Source: an uncultured Lachnospiraceae bacterium (GTDB taxonomy: Bacteria > Bacillota > Clostridia > Lachnospirales > Lachnospiraceae). Taken from it: a stretch of DNA of 64,000 nucleotides. The translations under genes were made by a program, and so were the position numbers. Where the stretch lies: NCBI GenBank assembly GCA_902785055.1, contig CACZXG010000003.1, forward strand, positions 3,295 through 67,294. The letters run 5' to 3'. Shown here piece by piece: positions 46,732 to 58,318 of the stretch; within the stretch, counting starts at the first letter, position 1; every line of letters starts with the position of its first letter. The notes under the pieces are model-generated. The model saw only the letters and a program-made list of their open reading frames with translations, was not told the origin of the DNA and made no database searches.

Positions 46732-48339
46732 TCATTCCCACTTAAGCGTGGAAACATCCAGTACATACAGAGGATAGAATGTAAGACCGGTCAGACCCTT
46801 GCGCACAGCGACCATATCCGCCATATCCTGGATATAGACGCTTGCCGCGTGCTCGGTCAGGTTCTTTTCCATCTCTTTGTATATTTTGACCTGCTCTGCA
46901 TCGTCATAGCACTTGACCGCCTGCTCGAAGAGAGCATCGTAATCCGCGTTGTTGTAGTTAATGAAGTTGTTGCCGCGGTTGCCTTCCGCATCCGGAACGC
47001 GCTGGCCTGTAGTAAATCTCTCCAGAAGGCTTCTGGCTGTCAGCGGATCAGCGGTGAGGCCGATCACTGTGGACTGGAAGTTCCTTCCTGCATAGGTATC
47101 CGCTTTCCAGCTCTCCCACTCTACACGGTTCAGTGTCGCGTTAATGCCGACTTCCTTGAGCTGCTCCGCGATTACCTCCGCAGTATCGACATGAGGCTGA
47201 TAGTTGGAAGGGACAGTGATGGTCATATCAAAACCGTCAGGATAGCCCGCCTGTGTGAGAAGTTCCTTGGCCTTCTTTACATCGTGCTCATAGTAGCCGA
47301 CCAGGCTCTCGTCAAAATATTTCGTGAATGCAGGGAACACATTGGATCCGATCGGGAATCCGTAGCCGTCAAAAGCCATATCCAGGATGCCCTGTCTGTC
47401 CACTGCATAGCACAGAGCCTGGCGGACCAGTTCATTGTCAAAAGGAGCGGCTTCGTTGTTGAGATAGAGCGCTTGTACGAGGTTCATCGTGCCCTGCTCG
47501 ATATTGAAATTGTCCTTGTTGAGCTCAGCCACCTGAGTGCTGCTCAAGTGGGATACAAGATCCAGCGCGCCGCTCTCAAGACCCATTACCAGGCCTTCTA
47601 CTTTCTCGTTGATCTTATATGTGACCTTGTCGATATTGCCGGGAGTTCCCCAGTAATCCGCAAACTTCTCAAGCTCGACGGATTCCTGCGCTGTACGGCC
47701 AACATATTTATAAGGTCCTGTACCTACCGGCGCGGTGTCCTGTTTGTCATAGTCAGCGGGAAGAATAGCCAGCGTCAGAAGAGACATCAATTCTGTGTTG
47801 GGCTCGCTGAGCGTCATCACGAGTTTGTTGTCCCCGTCCTTCTCAAGGCTCTCAATACACTGAAGTCCTGTGGAAGTCTGCGGATTGACCTTGGGATCAT
47901 CCTTGCAGCGCTGGATAGAATAGATCACGTCGTCAAGATCCACCGTATCACCGTTGTGGAACTTCACGCCGTCGCGAAGTGTAAAAGTATATACAAGACC
48001 GTCATCGGAAATCTGAACGTCCGATGCCACTGCGGGGACAGTGTCTCCCTTGGAATCGTACTTCACAAGTCCCTCAAAGACATTGAACATAACTTCCTTG
48101 GTTCCTGCCGCCACTGCGTAGTGAGGGTCAAGGCTCTGGTCGAGGTCCTGTGCGATACCGATCACGATCTCGTTGGCCTTCGCTCTCTCTGTAGAAGCCT
48201 GTTCCGTTCCGGCTGCTGCATCAGCAGCTGCCTGCGTTCCCGCAGTGCCGGTGTTCTGTGCTGTTCCTTTGCCGCAGCCTGCGAGGAGTGCTGCCACCAT
48301 GCTTACAGCAAGGATCCCTGCCAGTAGATTTTTCTTCAT
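46732..48339 (-). CDS. Peptide/nickel ABC substrate-binding lipoprotein (SBP family 5)
   Basis: Lipobox LAGC, SLDP, YTFTLR.GVKFHNG, PVGTGPY. Confidence 0.92.
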   Translation of the reverse strand: MKKNLLAGILAVSMVAALLAGCGKGTAQNTGTAGTQAAADAAAGTEQASTERAKANEIVIGIAQDLDQSLDPHYAVAAGTKEVMFNVFEGLVKYDSKGDTVPAVASDVQISDDGLVYTFTLRDGVKFHNGDTVDLDDVIYSIQRCKDDPKVNPQTSTGLQCIESLEKDGDNKLVMTLSEPNTELMSLLTLAILPADYDKQDTAPVGTGPYKYVGRTAQESVELEKFADYWGTPGNIDKVTYKINEKVEGLVMGLESGALDLVSHLSSTQVAELNKDNFNIEQGTMNLVQALYLNNEAAPFDNELVRQALCYAVDRQGILDMAFDGYGFPIGSNVFPAFTKYFDESLVGYYEHDVKKAKELLTQAGYPDGFDMTITVPSNYQPHVDTAEVIAEQLKEVGINATLNRVEWESWKADTYAGRNFQSTVIGLTADPLTARSLLERFTTGQRVPDAEGNRGNNFINYNNADYDALFEQAVKCYDDAEQVKIYKEMEKNLTEHAASVYIQDMADMVAVRKGLTGLTFYPLYVLDVSTLKWE

Positions 48340-48576
48340 TGGTTCTCCTTTCATCATTGCTCTCCTTCACTGAGAGTCAATGTGGGGCATTACGCCCATT
48401 TGCTTGCCGTGAACATTGTATGATATTGACAAATTTTTTACAAGCGATTAGCGCATTTGAGAGCGAAATAATTGTATAAAATACTGTGCTGCAATAAACT
48501 GCGGCGGCAGGTTCGCGTTCTGCGCACAGCTCCGAATTGTGCAAAAAAAAGGAACCGAGATCTTCGGTTCCCTGAG

Positions 48577-48649
48577 AGCGATAGACGAGGCTCGAACTCG
48601 CGACCTCCACCTTGGCAAGGTGGCGTACTACCAACTGTACTACTATCGC
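48577..48649 (-). tRNA. tRNA-Gly, anticodon GCC
   Basis: Minus strand GCGATAG...CCACC-TTGCCAA-GGTGG...GTTCGAGCC...CTATCGCT. Confidence 0.93.
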
Positions 48650-48747
48650 ATTTACAACCGTTTTTCGCGGTGGACATGAATTAATATACCTCAGCGTCCA
48701 CCGCGTGTCAACAGTTTTTTTCTTTTTATTCAGATCGGCTTTTCTCC

Positions 48748-49440
48748 TCAGATACCGGTATCCGTGCTGGAATACTGTCTGACTGCGTTGATCGCGATGA
48801 TATCAACGATCACAACAAATCCAAGCCAGATATAAGCAAACGCATCGCTTCCGATCGAGGCCGCGAAGTCATAAAAGCCGTGGATCAGAACAGGGATCAC
48901 CATGCTCAGGGTCCTCACGTTTTTAGCAAGGCCTGTCATTCCGGACGCCATATACTTTTTCTCCAGTCCGTAGAAATGACCCATGAAAACACCGCAGATC
49001 GCGTGGAGCGGAACAGCGGCAAGTCCTCTTACCACCGCGACTTCCATTCCGAAACCGGAGATATACAAAACATTCTCCAGGCCGGCAAAGCCAAGTGCCA
49101 CGCAGACGCCGTAGACAACACCGTCAAATACATAGTTGAAAGCCGGGTTATTCCAGCTTCCCTTGCGCAGCATAAATTTCTTGCACCCCTCCTCCGCAAG
49201 AGCTACGATGAGGAAATTTTCGATCAATGTGAAGAGGTACCCCGAGTCATCCAGCCCGATCATTGAGAGGATATTCGTCCCCACCATTTCCAGTATCATA
49301 GCCGGGATCGTGGATAAGCATCCCAATAAGATCAGTTTGAACAATAGTCCGGGGGGTTCCTTTTCGATCGCATCCTTTTTATTAATATACCAGAGCAGAA
49401 CAACGCAGGGCAATAAACCTGCGACCAACACCATAGTCAT
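48748..49440 (-). CDS. PrsW family intramembrane metalloprotease
   Basis: EKEP, EE..K, GFA..EN, H..C, IHG.YD. Confidence 0.9.
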   Translation of the reverse strand: MTMVLVAGLLPCVVLLWYINKKDAIEKEPPGLLFKLILLGCLSTIPAMILEMVGTNILSMIGLDDSGYLFTLIENFLIVALAEEGCKKFMLRKGSWNNPAFNYVFDGVVYGVCVALGFAGLENVLYISGFGMEVAVVRGLAAVPLHAICGVFMGHFYGLEKKYMASGMTGLAKNVRTLSMVIPVLIHGFYDFAASIGSDAFAYIWLGFVVIVDIIAINAVRQYSSTDTGI

Positions 49441-49538
49441 TTCAGACCTCTTTCCGGCTTCAGTTGCCTTATTTTATAAAATTACAGACATTATATCATA
49501 TTTTTCCGATCGCAAAACATTTGGATCCGTATGCCGCG

Positions 49539-50849
49539 TCACTTCTCCATCTTCCAGAAAGCCGCGCTGTATGCCGGAAGCCTGCTGCCGCCGCCGAAGT
49601 CATGCTTCTTTCCGGTGATCAGGTCCACGGCTGTTCCGCATCCCGCGTCGAAATGCGCGACATACTCGCTGTCATCCGCGTTGATAGCCACCAGGACTCT
49701 CTCGCCCGCCGCCTTTCTCTCGAAAATACACTGTTTGTTGGTCAGCACAACACTGCGGAAGTCGCCGTAGCAAAGTGCTTCCGACGATTTTTTGGCAGAT
49801 GCGAGTTTGCTGATCCACTCTGTCAGCTCATTCCACTCCGGCTTCTCAATGCGGGGCCTGAGGGCGGGATCGCCCTGTCTCTTCTCACCGGTAACGCCCC
49901 ACTCGCTGCCGTAGTAGATGCTGGGAATACCCGGCATACCGAAAGCCAGCGCATAGATCAGAGGCAGGTGCTTCTTGTTAGTAAGGACGCTGGCCACCCT
50001 GGTCACATCGTGGTTGTCCACGAAGGACAGCAGGTGATACCCTCTGTACAGGCACCAGGGATCGGAGCCGAACTGACGCATGAGGGAATGGACGATCTCA
50101 AACATATTCATGCTGTTGAAGCTGGAGAAAAGTCCTTTGTAGCACTCGTAGTTGGTCGCACTATGAAGCTTTCCTTCGCCCATAACAGTCTTGTAATCGC
50201 CGCCGAGGATCTCGCCGATCAGATAGAAGTCCTCCTTGAGCGAGTCCGTATAGCCCCGGAGTCTTCTGATGAAGTCCCTGTCGAGGCAGTAAGCGACGTC
50301 CAGCCGCAGTCCGTCTATGTCAAAATAGTCCACCCAGTACCTGATCGCGTCGAAGATATGCGCGATGACTTCCTCGTTTCTGAGATTGAGCTTGACCAGG
50401 TCGTAATTGCCCTCCCAGCCCTCGTACCAGAGGCCGTCGTTGTAAGGGGAATTTCCGTCGAAGCTGACATTGAACCAATCCTTATAGGGGGATTCCCATC
50501 TTCTTTGCAGGACATCCTGGAACTGCGAGAATCCGCGGCCCACATGATTGAAAACTCCGTCCAGGATCACGCGGATCCCCGCTGCGTGGAGGTCTTCACA
50601 GACTTCCTTGAAATCCTCGTTGGTGCCCAGCCTGCAGTCGATCTTTTTATAGTCCCTCGTGTTATAACCGTGCGTATCCGACTCAAATACGGGACAAAAA
50701 TAGACTGCGGTGATCCCCAGTTTTGTAAGATGAGGGATCCATTCCTTTACTTCCAGGATCCTGTGCGCCTGCACGCCGTCGTTTTCATAGGGCGCTCCGC
50801 ACATTCCCAAGGGGTAAATCTGATAGATCACACTTTCTTCTGCCCACAT
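49539..50849 (-). CDS. GH13 alpha-amylase family (cyclomaltodextrinase/maltodextrin glucosidase-like)
   Basis: YQIYP, HGY, DGVFNH, DGLRLDVA, FVDNHD, YYGSE. Confidence 0.9.
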   Translation of the reverse strand: MWAEESVIYQIYPLGMCGAPYENDGVQAHRILEVKEWIPHLTKLGITAVYFCPVFESDTHGYNTRDYKKIDCRLGTNEDFKEVCEDLHAAGIRVILDGVFNHVGRGFSQFQDVLQRRWESPYKDWFNVSFDGNSPYNDGLWYEGWEGNYDLVKLNLRNEEVIAHIFDAIRYWVDYFDIDGLRLDVAYCLDRDFIRRLRGYTDSLKEDFYLIGEILGGDYKTVMGEGKLHSATNYECYKGLFSSFNSMNMFEIVHSLMRQFGSDPWCLYRGYHLLSFVDNHDVTRVASVLTNKKHLPLIYALAFGMPGIPSIYYGSEWGVTGEKRQGDPALRPRIEKPEWNELTEWISKLASAKKSSEALCYGDFRSVVLTNKQCIFERKAAGERVLVAINADDSEYVAHFDAGCGTAVDLITGKKHDFGGGSRLPAYSAAFWKMEK

Positions 50850-50933
50850 AATAATCCTCCTTATCTTGAACGGGATCTCCAAATACCATATTTTTCTCTA
50901 TTTTGCAATAGGAAAACGCTATTTTCTTAGAAG

Positions 50934-50963
50934 AAATCCACACTGTCCACAAAGTTATCCACA
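50934..50963 (+). promoter_or_regulatory. Cluster of three co-oriented DnaA-box-like 9-mers
   Basis: AAATCCACA, CTGTCCACA and perfect TTATCCACA within 30 bp. Confidence 0.55.
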
Positions 50964-50965
50964 TT

Positions 50966-53476
50966 TTATAGCCATTCGTCCCAAAATCTCGAGATTTTAT
51001 CCCCAATTTCAAGGCTGTCTGTGACCCTGTTTCCGCTCCATTCCGCGGGGAAAATCCTCCTGTAAGAGCTCGTTTTAAACCGCTCATCCATAAGCACTAC
51101 AAGGCCCACATCGTCAGCCGTACGGATCACTCTTCCAGCCGCCTGAAGCACTTTGTTCATGCCCGGATACCGATACGCGTAATCGAACCCGTTCTCTCCC
51201 CTGCCGTCAAAATATCGCTTTAGGATCTCCCGCTCCGCGCACACCTGGGGAAATCCCGTCCCCACGATGACCGCTCCGATCAGCCTGTCCTTTCGCAGAT
51301 CGATCCCCTCGCTGAAGATCCCTCCCAGCACGCAGAAGCCCAACAGACTTTTATCATCTCTTACTTCTTCGAATCGGTCAAGAAAATCTTTGCGCTCCTC
51401 CTCTGTCATCTGCGGTCTCTGGACCGCGAAAGACGTCTCCTCATCCTCCGGATACAGCATCGTATACTGCTCCAGCACCTGCTCCATGAAGCTGTAGGAA
51501 GGGAAGAAGATCATATAATTGCCGTGCCTTCTCGATACCGAGTTGTAGATGCAGGACGCTATTTTGCCATACTGATCCGCGCCCCTCATCCTATATCGGC
51601 TTGTCACGTCGCCGGCTATGAACAGGCCGAGCCTTTCCGGGTCGAAAGACGACCTGGCGTATACCTCGTAATCCTCGTCCGTTCCGCCCAAAAGCCTCTT
51701 GTAGTAGCGGATCGGCAGAAAAGTCGCGGAGAACAGCACACTCGCCGCTCCTTTGTCCAGGCACTCCGCCAGTTTGCCGGAAGGGTCTACGCAGAAAAGC
51801 CGCGCCTCAAGGTCCCTGCCGTACTTCTGTATATAGATCTGGTACTCGCCGTCCATGCCCTCGTAAGCCGTCAGGAACCGGGACAGGGCAAAGTAGGCGT
51901 TCATGAAATTCTCCTGAACCTGCTGCGCCGCGACTGATTCCGCCGCTGCTGTTCCCCGCCGCTGCTCCTGCAGTATGGACTGCATCTCCTCCATGACTTT
52001 GTACGAGGCGTCAGCCAGGACATCGATCTCCTCCACAAGCAGCACGTGTTCCCTGCCGCCCGGCGTCTGCATAAACTGCATTCCAGCCGTCCCGGGCTCC
52101 GCTTCGGGGATAAATCCGGCTTCCGCCCCCGCTTCAAAAGCTTCCTTATAGGGCCTGAAGGCGCTGACCAGCTTTCCGAGTTTCTTCCACAGCGCCGGAT
52201 AAAGCGCTCTCACCTCGCTCCTGAAGCTCTTCATCTCCTCGCTCGAGAGCGAAGCGCTGAACATCTCCCGCCCGCGGTCCACCAGATTGTGCGCCTCGTC
52301 GATCAGGAAAAGATATCTGTACTTCCCTTTTCCCTCAGCAAAAAAGCGCTTCAGTTTCGCCCTTGGATCAAACAGGTAGTTGTAATCTCCCACTATAGCA
52401 TCCGCAAAGAGAGAGGCGTCGAGCCCCAGCTCAAAGGGGCACACATTGTACTGCTCCCCGAATTTCTCCAGCGTAGACCTCCGGATATCCTCCTTCAGTG
52501 TCAAAAGATCGAACAGCGCCGTGTTGACCCTGTCATAATGTCCTTTCGCCCGCGGGCACTCGTCCGGGTTGCAGGCCCTTTTCTCCATCGGACAGATCCT
52601 GTCCTTCGCAGTTAGCTGCACGCTCTTGAGACGCAGTCCGTTACCCCGAAGGATCGAGAAAGTCTCCAGAGCCACCTGCCCGGTGACAGTCTTCGCCGTG
52701 AAATAAAAAAGCCTGTCCGCTTTTCCCTCTCCTATCGCCTTCAGCGACGGAAATACAGCCGAAATCGTCTTTCCGGTGCCGGTGGGCGCCTCCAGGAACA
52801 GTTTCCTTCCATGGCAGATCGTGTGATAGACGTGCACCGCGAGTTCTCTCTGTCCCTCCCTGTAAGAAAAAGGGAAGGTAAGCGCTGACAGCGACTGATT
52901 TCTCACTTTTTCCCAGCGGATCTCCATTCCGGCCCATCTGGAATACTCCTTCATCAGGCCCTCAAACCACTCTGTGATCTGCTGCGCCGTATACTCCTGC
53001 GTAAAACGCCTGATCTCCTGCGTCACAAGACTGCAGTAAGTCATCCTGACCCGCACTGTGTCCAGCTGATTCTGAACACAGTATATATACGCATAACACT
53101 TGGCCTGAGCCAGGTGCACCGGTTCAGGCTCCTTCATTTTGCTGAGCTTTCTGTATGTTGTTTTGATCTCATCAACAGTCCAGGCCTCTCCGAAAATAGG
53201 ATTTTCCGGATCACAGCCGAGGAAAATACCGTCCGCCCTGCCTTCCACAAGAACAAAAGCGTCTCCGTCTTCCCCGCATTCCGAAAGCGGGTAATAAACG
53301 GAGAGCGGCACTTCCGCCATATAATCGGGGCCCTCTTCTCTCTGAAGTTTCCTGTGCATCCGCGCCCCTTCGAGCATGACATCCTCGGGAGCGCCGGCCG
53401 ATCTCTCGTCCAGATCCCCCGCCCGCATCACGAATTCCACGAGATCCCGGACCGATATTCTCATCTCTTTGCCCAT
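50966..53476 (-). CDS. ATP-dependent DNA helicase (DinG/XPD family, FeS) with N-terminal PD-(D/E)xK nuclease-like domain
   Basis: GRADG..DEIK, APTGTGKT, Cys cluster, DEAHN, FFPSY, QAAGRVIR. Confidence 0.9.
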   Translation of the reverse strand: MGKEMRISVRDLVEFVMRAGDLDERSAGAPEDVMLEGARMHRKLQREEGPDYMAEVPLSVYYPLSECGEDGDAFVLVEGRADGIFLGCDPENPIFGEAWTVDEIKTTYRKLSKMKEPEPVHLAQAKCYAYIYCVQNQLDTVRVRMTYCSLVTQEIRRFTQEYTAQQITEWFEGLMKEYSRWAGMEIRWEKVRNQSLSALTFPFSYREGQRELAVHVYHTICHGRKLFLEAPTGTGKTISAVFPSLKAIGEGKADRLFYFTAKTVTGQVALETFSILRGNGLRLKSVQLTAKDRICPMEKRACNPDECPRAKGHYDRVNTALFDLLTLKEDIRRSTLEKFGEQYNVCPFELGLDASLFADAIVGDYNYLFDPRAKLKRFFAEGKGKYRYLFLIDEAHNLVDRGREMFSASLSSEEMKSFRSEVRALYPALWKKLGKLVSAFRPYKEAFEAGAEAGFIPEAEPGTAGMQFMQTPGGREHVLLVEEIDVLADASYKVMEEMQSILQEQRRGTAAAESVAAQQVQENFMNAYFALSRFLTAYEGMDGEYQIYIQKYGRDLEARLFCVDPSGKLAECLDKGAASVLFSATFLPIRYYKRLLGGTDEDYEVYARSSFDPERLGLFIAGDVTSRYRMRGADQYGKIASCIYNSVSRRHGNYMIFFPSYSFMEQVLEQYTMLYPEDEETSFAVQRPQMTEEERKDFLDRFEEVRDDKSLLGFCVLGGIFSEGIDLRKDRLIGAVIVGTGFPQVCAEREILKRYFDGRGENGFDYAYRYPGMNKVLQAAGRVIRTADDVGLVVLMDERFKTSSYRRIFPAEWSGNRVTDSLEIGDKISRFWDEWL

Positions 53477-53655
53477 ACTATGCAGTATAGCATCCCTTTC
53501 TTCATTCGTTATTGCATTTTTTTCAGATTTGCGATTAAATAATGAATTATTAATTCAGCACCCGGGACAATGAGTGCTGAATCATTACAAAGTATATAAT
53601 ATCCTGATTATTAAATGCAGGCCGTGCTCCTTTCGCGGCCGGCGGAAAGGCTGCT

Positions 53656-54663
53656 ATGGAAAAACTAATCATCCCCGAGCAATACCAGTCATCTTTGGAT
53701 CTTCATGAGACCCAGATCGCCATCAAGACCGTAAAGGACTTCTTTCAGAATCTCCTCGCAGAGCGGCTGAACCTGCGCCGCGTCTCCGCCCCCCTCTTTG
53801 TCCGCCCCGAGTCGGGACTTAACGACAACCTCAACGGAGTGGAGCGCCCGGTATCTTTTGACATCAGGGAATCCGGGCAGATGGCAGAGGTCGTCCACTC
53901 CCTTGCTAAATGGAAGCGCTACGCCCTCGGCAAATACGGTTTCAGCGTTGGAGAGGGGCTTTACACCGACATGGTGGCCATCCGCCGCGACGAAGACACA
54001 GACAATATCCACTCCATCTACGTGGACCAGTGGGACTGGGAGAAGATCATCACCAGAGAGGACCGCTCGATCGAAACCCTTAAGACCGTCGTTCAGAACG
54101 TCTACAGAGTTCTTCGAAAGACTGAGAAATACATGGCGATCCGCTATGACTATATCGAGGAGATCCTTCCCCACGATATCTTCTTCATCACCAGCTCCGA
54201 GCTGGAAGCTCTCTACCCTGACAAAACACGAAAAGAGCGCGAGTATCTGATCTGCCGCGAGAAAGGTGCTGTATGCCTGATGCAGATCGGCGACAAGCTC
54301 GCAGACGGAGAGCCCCACGACGGCCGCGCCCCCGACTACGACGACTGGAAGCTCAACGCGGACATTCTGGTCTACTACCCCGTTCTGGACATCGCGCTGG
54401 AACTCTCTTCCATGGGAATCCGCGTCGACGCTGACGCCCTTCGCGAGCAGCTCGACAAAGCGGGTTGTCCCGAGCGCGCAGCACTTCCCTTCCAGAAGGC
54501 GGTCCTGGAGGACAGACTTCCTCTGACGATCGGCGGCGGAATCGGCCAGTCCCGAATCTGCATGTTCTTCCTCAGAAAGGCCCACATCGGTGAAGTTCAC
54601 AGCTCCATTTGGCCGGACGAAGTCGTGGAAGCCTGTGAGAAATCCGGCGTCGCACTTCTGTAA
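53656..54663 (+). CDS. asnA: Aspartate--ammonia ligase
   Basis: GLNDNLNG, SLAKWKR, HSIYVDQWDWE, RAPDYDDW, TIGGGIGQSR. Confidence 0.97.
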   Translation: MEKLIIPEQYQSSLDLHETQIAIKTVKDFFQNLLAERLNLRRVSAPLFVRPESGLNDNLNGVERPVSFDIRESGQMAEVVHSLAKWKRYALGKYGFSVGEGLYTDMVAIRRDEDTDNIHSIYVDQWDWEKIITREDRSIETLKTVVQNVYRVLRKTEKYMAIRYDYIEEILPHDIFFITSSELEALYPDKTRKEREYLICREKGAVCLMQIGDKLADGEPHDGRAPDYDDWKLNADILVYYPVLDIALELSSMGIRVDADALREQLDKAGCPERAALPFQKAVLEDRLPLTIGGGIGQSRICMFFLRKAHIGEVHSSIWPDEVVEACEKSGVALL

Positions 54664-54677
54664 TACAGAATACCTGC

Positions 54678-54716
54678 AGGTGTCTGTTCCCTTTTCGGGC
54701 GGCAGACACCTTTTTT
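54678..54716 (+). terminator. asnA terminator
   Basis: AGGTGTCTG...CAGACACCTTTTTT. Confidence 0.75.
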
Positions 54717-54828
54717 CTATTTTCGTCATTTTGCCCATTTAAAGCGCTAAATTGACTAAATCTCAATTATTGTACTCGTGTATACAATAATTGTTGTAAA
54801 ATATAGACAATTATTATAGCCGATTTAG

Positions 54829-56391
<1,563 letters not shown>

Positions 56392-56415
56392 TTGAGGGAG
56401 ACAGTCTCCGTACTG

Positions 56416-56750
56416 GAGCATATACCCTGTCATTCACTCCGGTTTTAAGGACGGGCTGATCAGACGTGTTCACGTGAGTATACAGCCTGTCATTCACTCC
56501 GGTTTCATGGACATGGAAGTTTAGATTTATCAACAAAAACAGAGATGCACAGTTGTGTCATCTCTGTTTTTTCGTTATGGTACTTCCACGTCCGTGAAAA
56601 GTCGTTCATGACAGGGTATATGCTCATGGGCGAAGGTTGTCCCATGCTTGTGAACAGTCGTTGCCGGCAGGGTGGATGCCCATGAGCAGAGGTTGTCCCA
56701 TGCTTGTGAACAGTCGTTGCCGGCAGGGTGGATGCCCATGAGCAGAGGTT
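56416..56750. repeat. Composite repeat array: two direct 60-bp-spaced units, a terminator, then three inverted 56-bp-spaced units
   Basis: GAGCATATACCCTGTCAT (56416) has a perfect inverse at 56608-56625; exact 56-bp tandem duplication at 56635/56691. Confidence 0.85.
56535..56572 (+). terminator. gdhA intrinsic terminator
   Basis: AAAAACAGAGATG...CATCTCTGTTTTTT. Confidence 0.8.
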
Positions 56751-57101
56751 TTCAGGGCTTGTAAGAAGTAACAAGCTTGTTTGATGATCATACGGCGTTT
56801 AGGGCTCACTTGCCCGGCGGTCTATTAGCTTAGCGCCGGTTCGGCGTCGTTATGAGCGATAACCGGCGTCGAAGCGTCGCTTCAGGCAAGGATTCTTAGT
56901 CGGCAAGTTCTCATATAGCTTCTGCCCTAATCCAGCCCTTACTGCACTCCCTAAGGCCTCGGTTACAGCAACCGGTAAGTCATAGCACAGCTTGTGCAAG
57001 CTGCCGGCTTTTCGTGACCCTCGCTCTTGCGCAAAGGCGCCCGCACAGTTATGATGATTACTGACAAAGCAAGAAACATCACCAATATACGGAGAATACT
57101 G

Positions 57102-58256
57102 ATGTCCCAATACGAACTGATCGTTCCCTGCCACTTCGGCATGGAGAGCGTACTGAAAAATGAAATATATGACATTGGATACGAGATCACGGAGGTGAGC
57201 GACGGCCGCGTGACGCTGCTCGGAGACGAGGAAGCCATCGCCCGCGCCAACATCTGTATCCGCACCGGAGAGCGTGTTCTTCTCAAGGTCGGCTCTTTCC
57301 ACGCCGAGACCTTTGAAGAATTGTTCCAGGGGACGCTCTCGCTGCCCTGGGAGGAATTCCTGCCCGCTGATGCCCGCTTCTGGGTCACCAAGGCGGCCAG
57401 CGTCAAAAGCAAGCTCTTCTCCCCTTCCGATATCCAGTCCATCATGAAAAAAGCGATGGTGGAGCGTATGAAGCGCAAATACAGGATGGAACAATTTCCC
57501 GAGACCGGGGACTCCTATCCCGTCCGCGTTTTTCTCATGAAAGACGAGGTGACGGTCGCCCTTGATACTACCGGGGAGTCGCTGCATAAGCGCGGCTACC
57601 GCAAGTACAAGGTCACTGCTCCGATCGCCGAGAACCTCGCCGCAGGGCTCCTTGCTCTTACGCCGTGGAGGCCCGGCAGGATCCTTGTGGATCCTTTCTG
57701 CGGAAGCGGAACCTTCCCCATTGAGGCAGCTATGATCTCAGCCAATATCGCTCCAGGAGTAAACCGCACATTTACAGCCGAAACCTGGAAGCATCTTGTT
57801 CCCGCGTCGGTCTGGAAGGACAGCCGCGACGAAGCGCTGGATCTGGAGACGCCGAACGTCGAGACTGATCTGCAGGGCTATGATATCGATCCGGATGCCA
57901 TCGCCGCAGCGAGAGCTAACGCCAAACTTGCCGGCGTGGATCACCTGATCCATTTCCAGACAAGACCTGTGTCCGCGCTCTCCCACCCCCGCAAATACGG
58001 ATTCCTGATCACTAACCCGCCCTATGGCGAGCGCCTGACAGGTGCCGAGGAAGATTCCATAAGGAAACTATACGGTGAACTCGGTGACGCCTACAGACGT
58101 CTAGATTCCTGGTCTATGTACCTGATCACATCTTTTGCCGGATGCGAGGAGGCACTGGGGCTCAAAGCCGCCAAAAACCGCAAGATCTACAACGGCATGC
58201 TCAAGACATATTTCTACATGTTTCCGGGGCCCAAGCCGCAGAGAAGAAGCAAATGA
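57102..58256 (+). CDS. THUMP-domain class I SAM-dependent RNA methyltransferase (RlmL/YpsC-like)
   Basis: DTTG.SLHKRGYR, DPFCGSGT, NPPYGER; GGAG RBS; TTGCGC-17-TATGAT promoter upstream. Confidence 0.9.
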   Translation: MSQYELIVPCHFGMESVLKNEIYDIGYEITEVSDGRVTLLGDEEAIARANICIRTGERVLLKVGSFHAETFEELFQGTLSLPWEEFLPADARFWVTKAASVKSKLFSPSDIQSIMKKAMVERMKRKYRMEQFPETGDSYPVRVFLMKDEVTVALDTTGESLHKRGYRKYKVTAPIAENLAAGLLALTPWRPGRILVDPFCGSGTFPIEAAMISANIAPGVNRTFTAETWKHLVPASVWKDSRDEALDLETPNVETDLQGYDIDPDAIAAARANAKLAGVDHLIHFQTRPVSALSHPRKYGFLITNPPYGERLTGAEEDSIRKLYGELGDAYRRLDSWSMYLITSFAGCEEALGLKAAKNRKIYNGMLKTYFYMFPGPKPQRRSK

Positions 58257-58318
58257 CCGGGGCCAGGGCCGCAGAGAAGAAGCAAATGACCGGGCTAAAA
58301 GCCCCAGAGGAAAAACAA

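Noticed and set aside
50966-53476. Nuclease-DinG fusion as a type IV CRISPR or defence component
   Set aside because: This architecture is a common stand-alone helicase in Firmicutes; no cas or defence neighbours.
56416-56750. Possible CRISPR array
   Set aside because: Mixed orientations, whole-unit duplication and no unique spacers.
56751-57060. RNase P RNA, tmRNA or SRP RNA
   Set aside because: Hallmark conserved sequences were not found on either strand.
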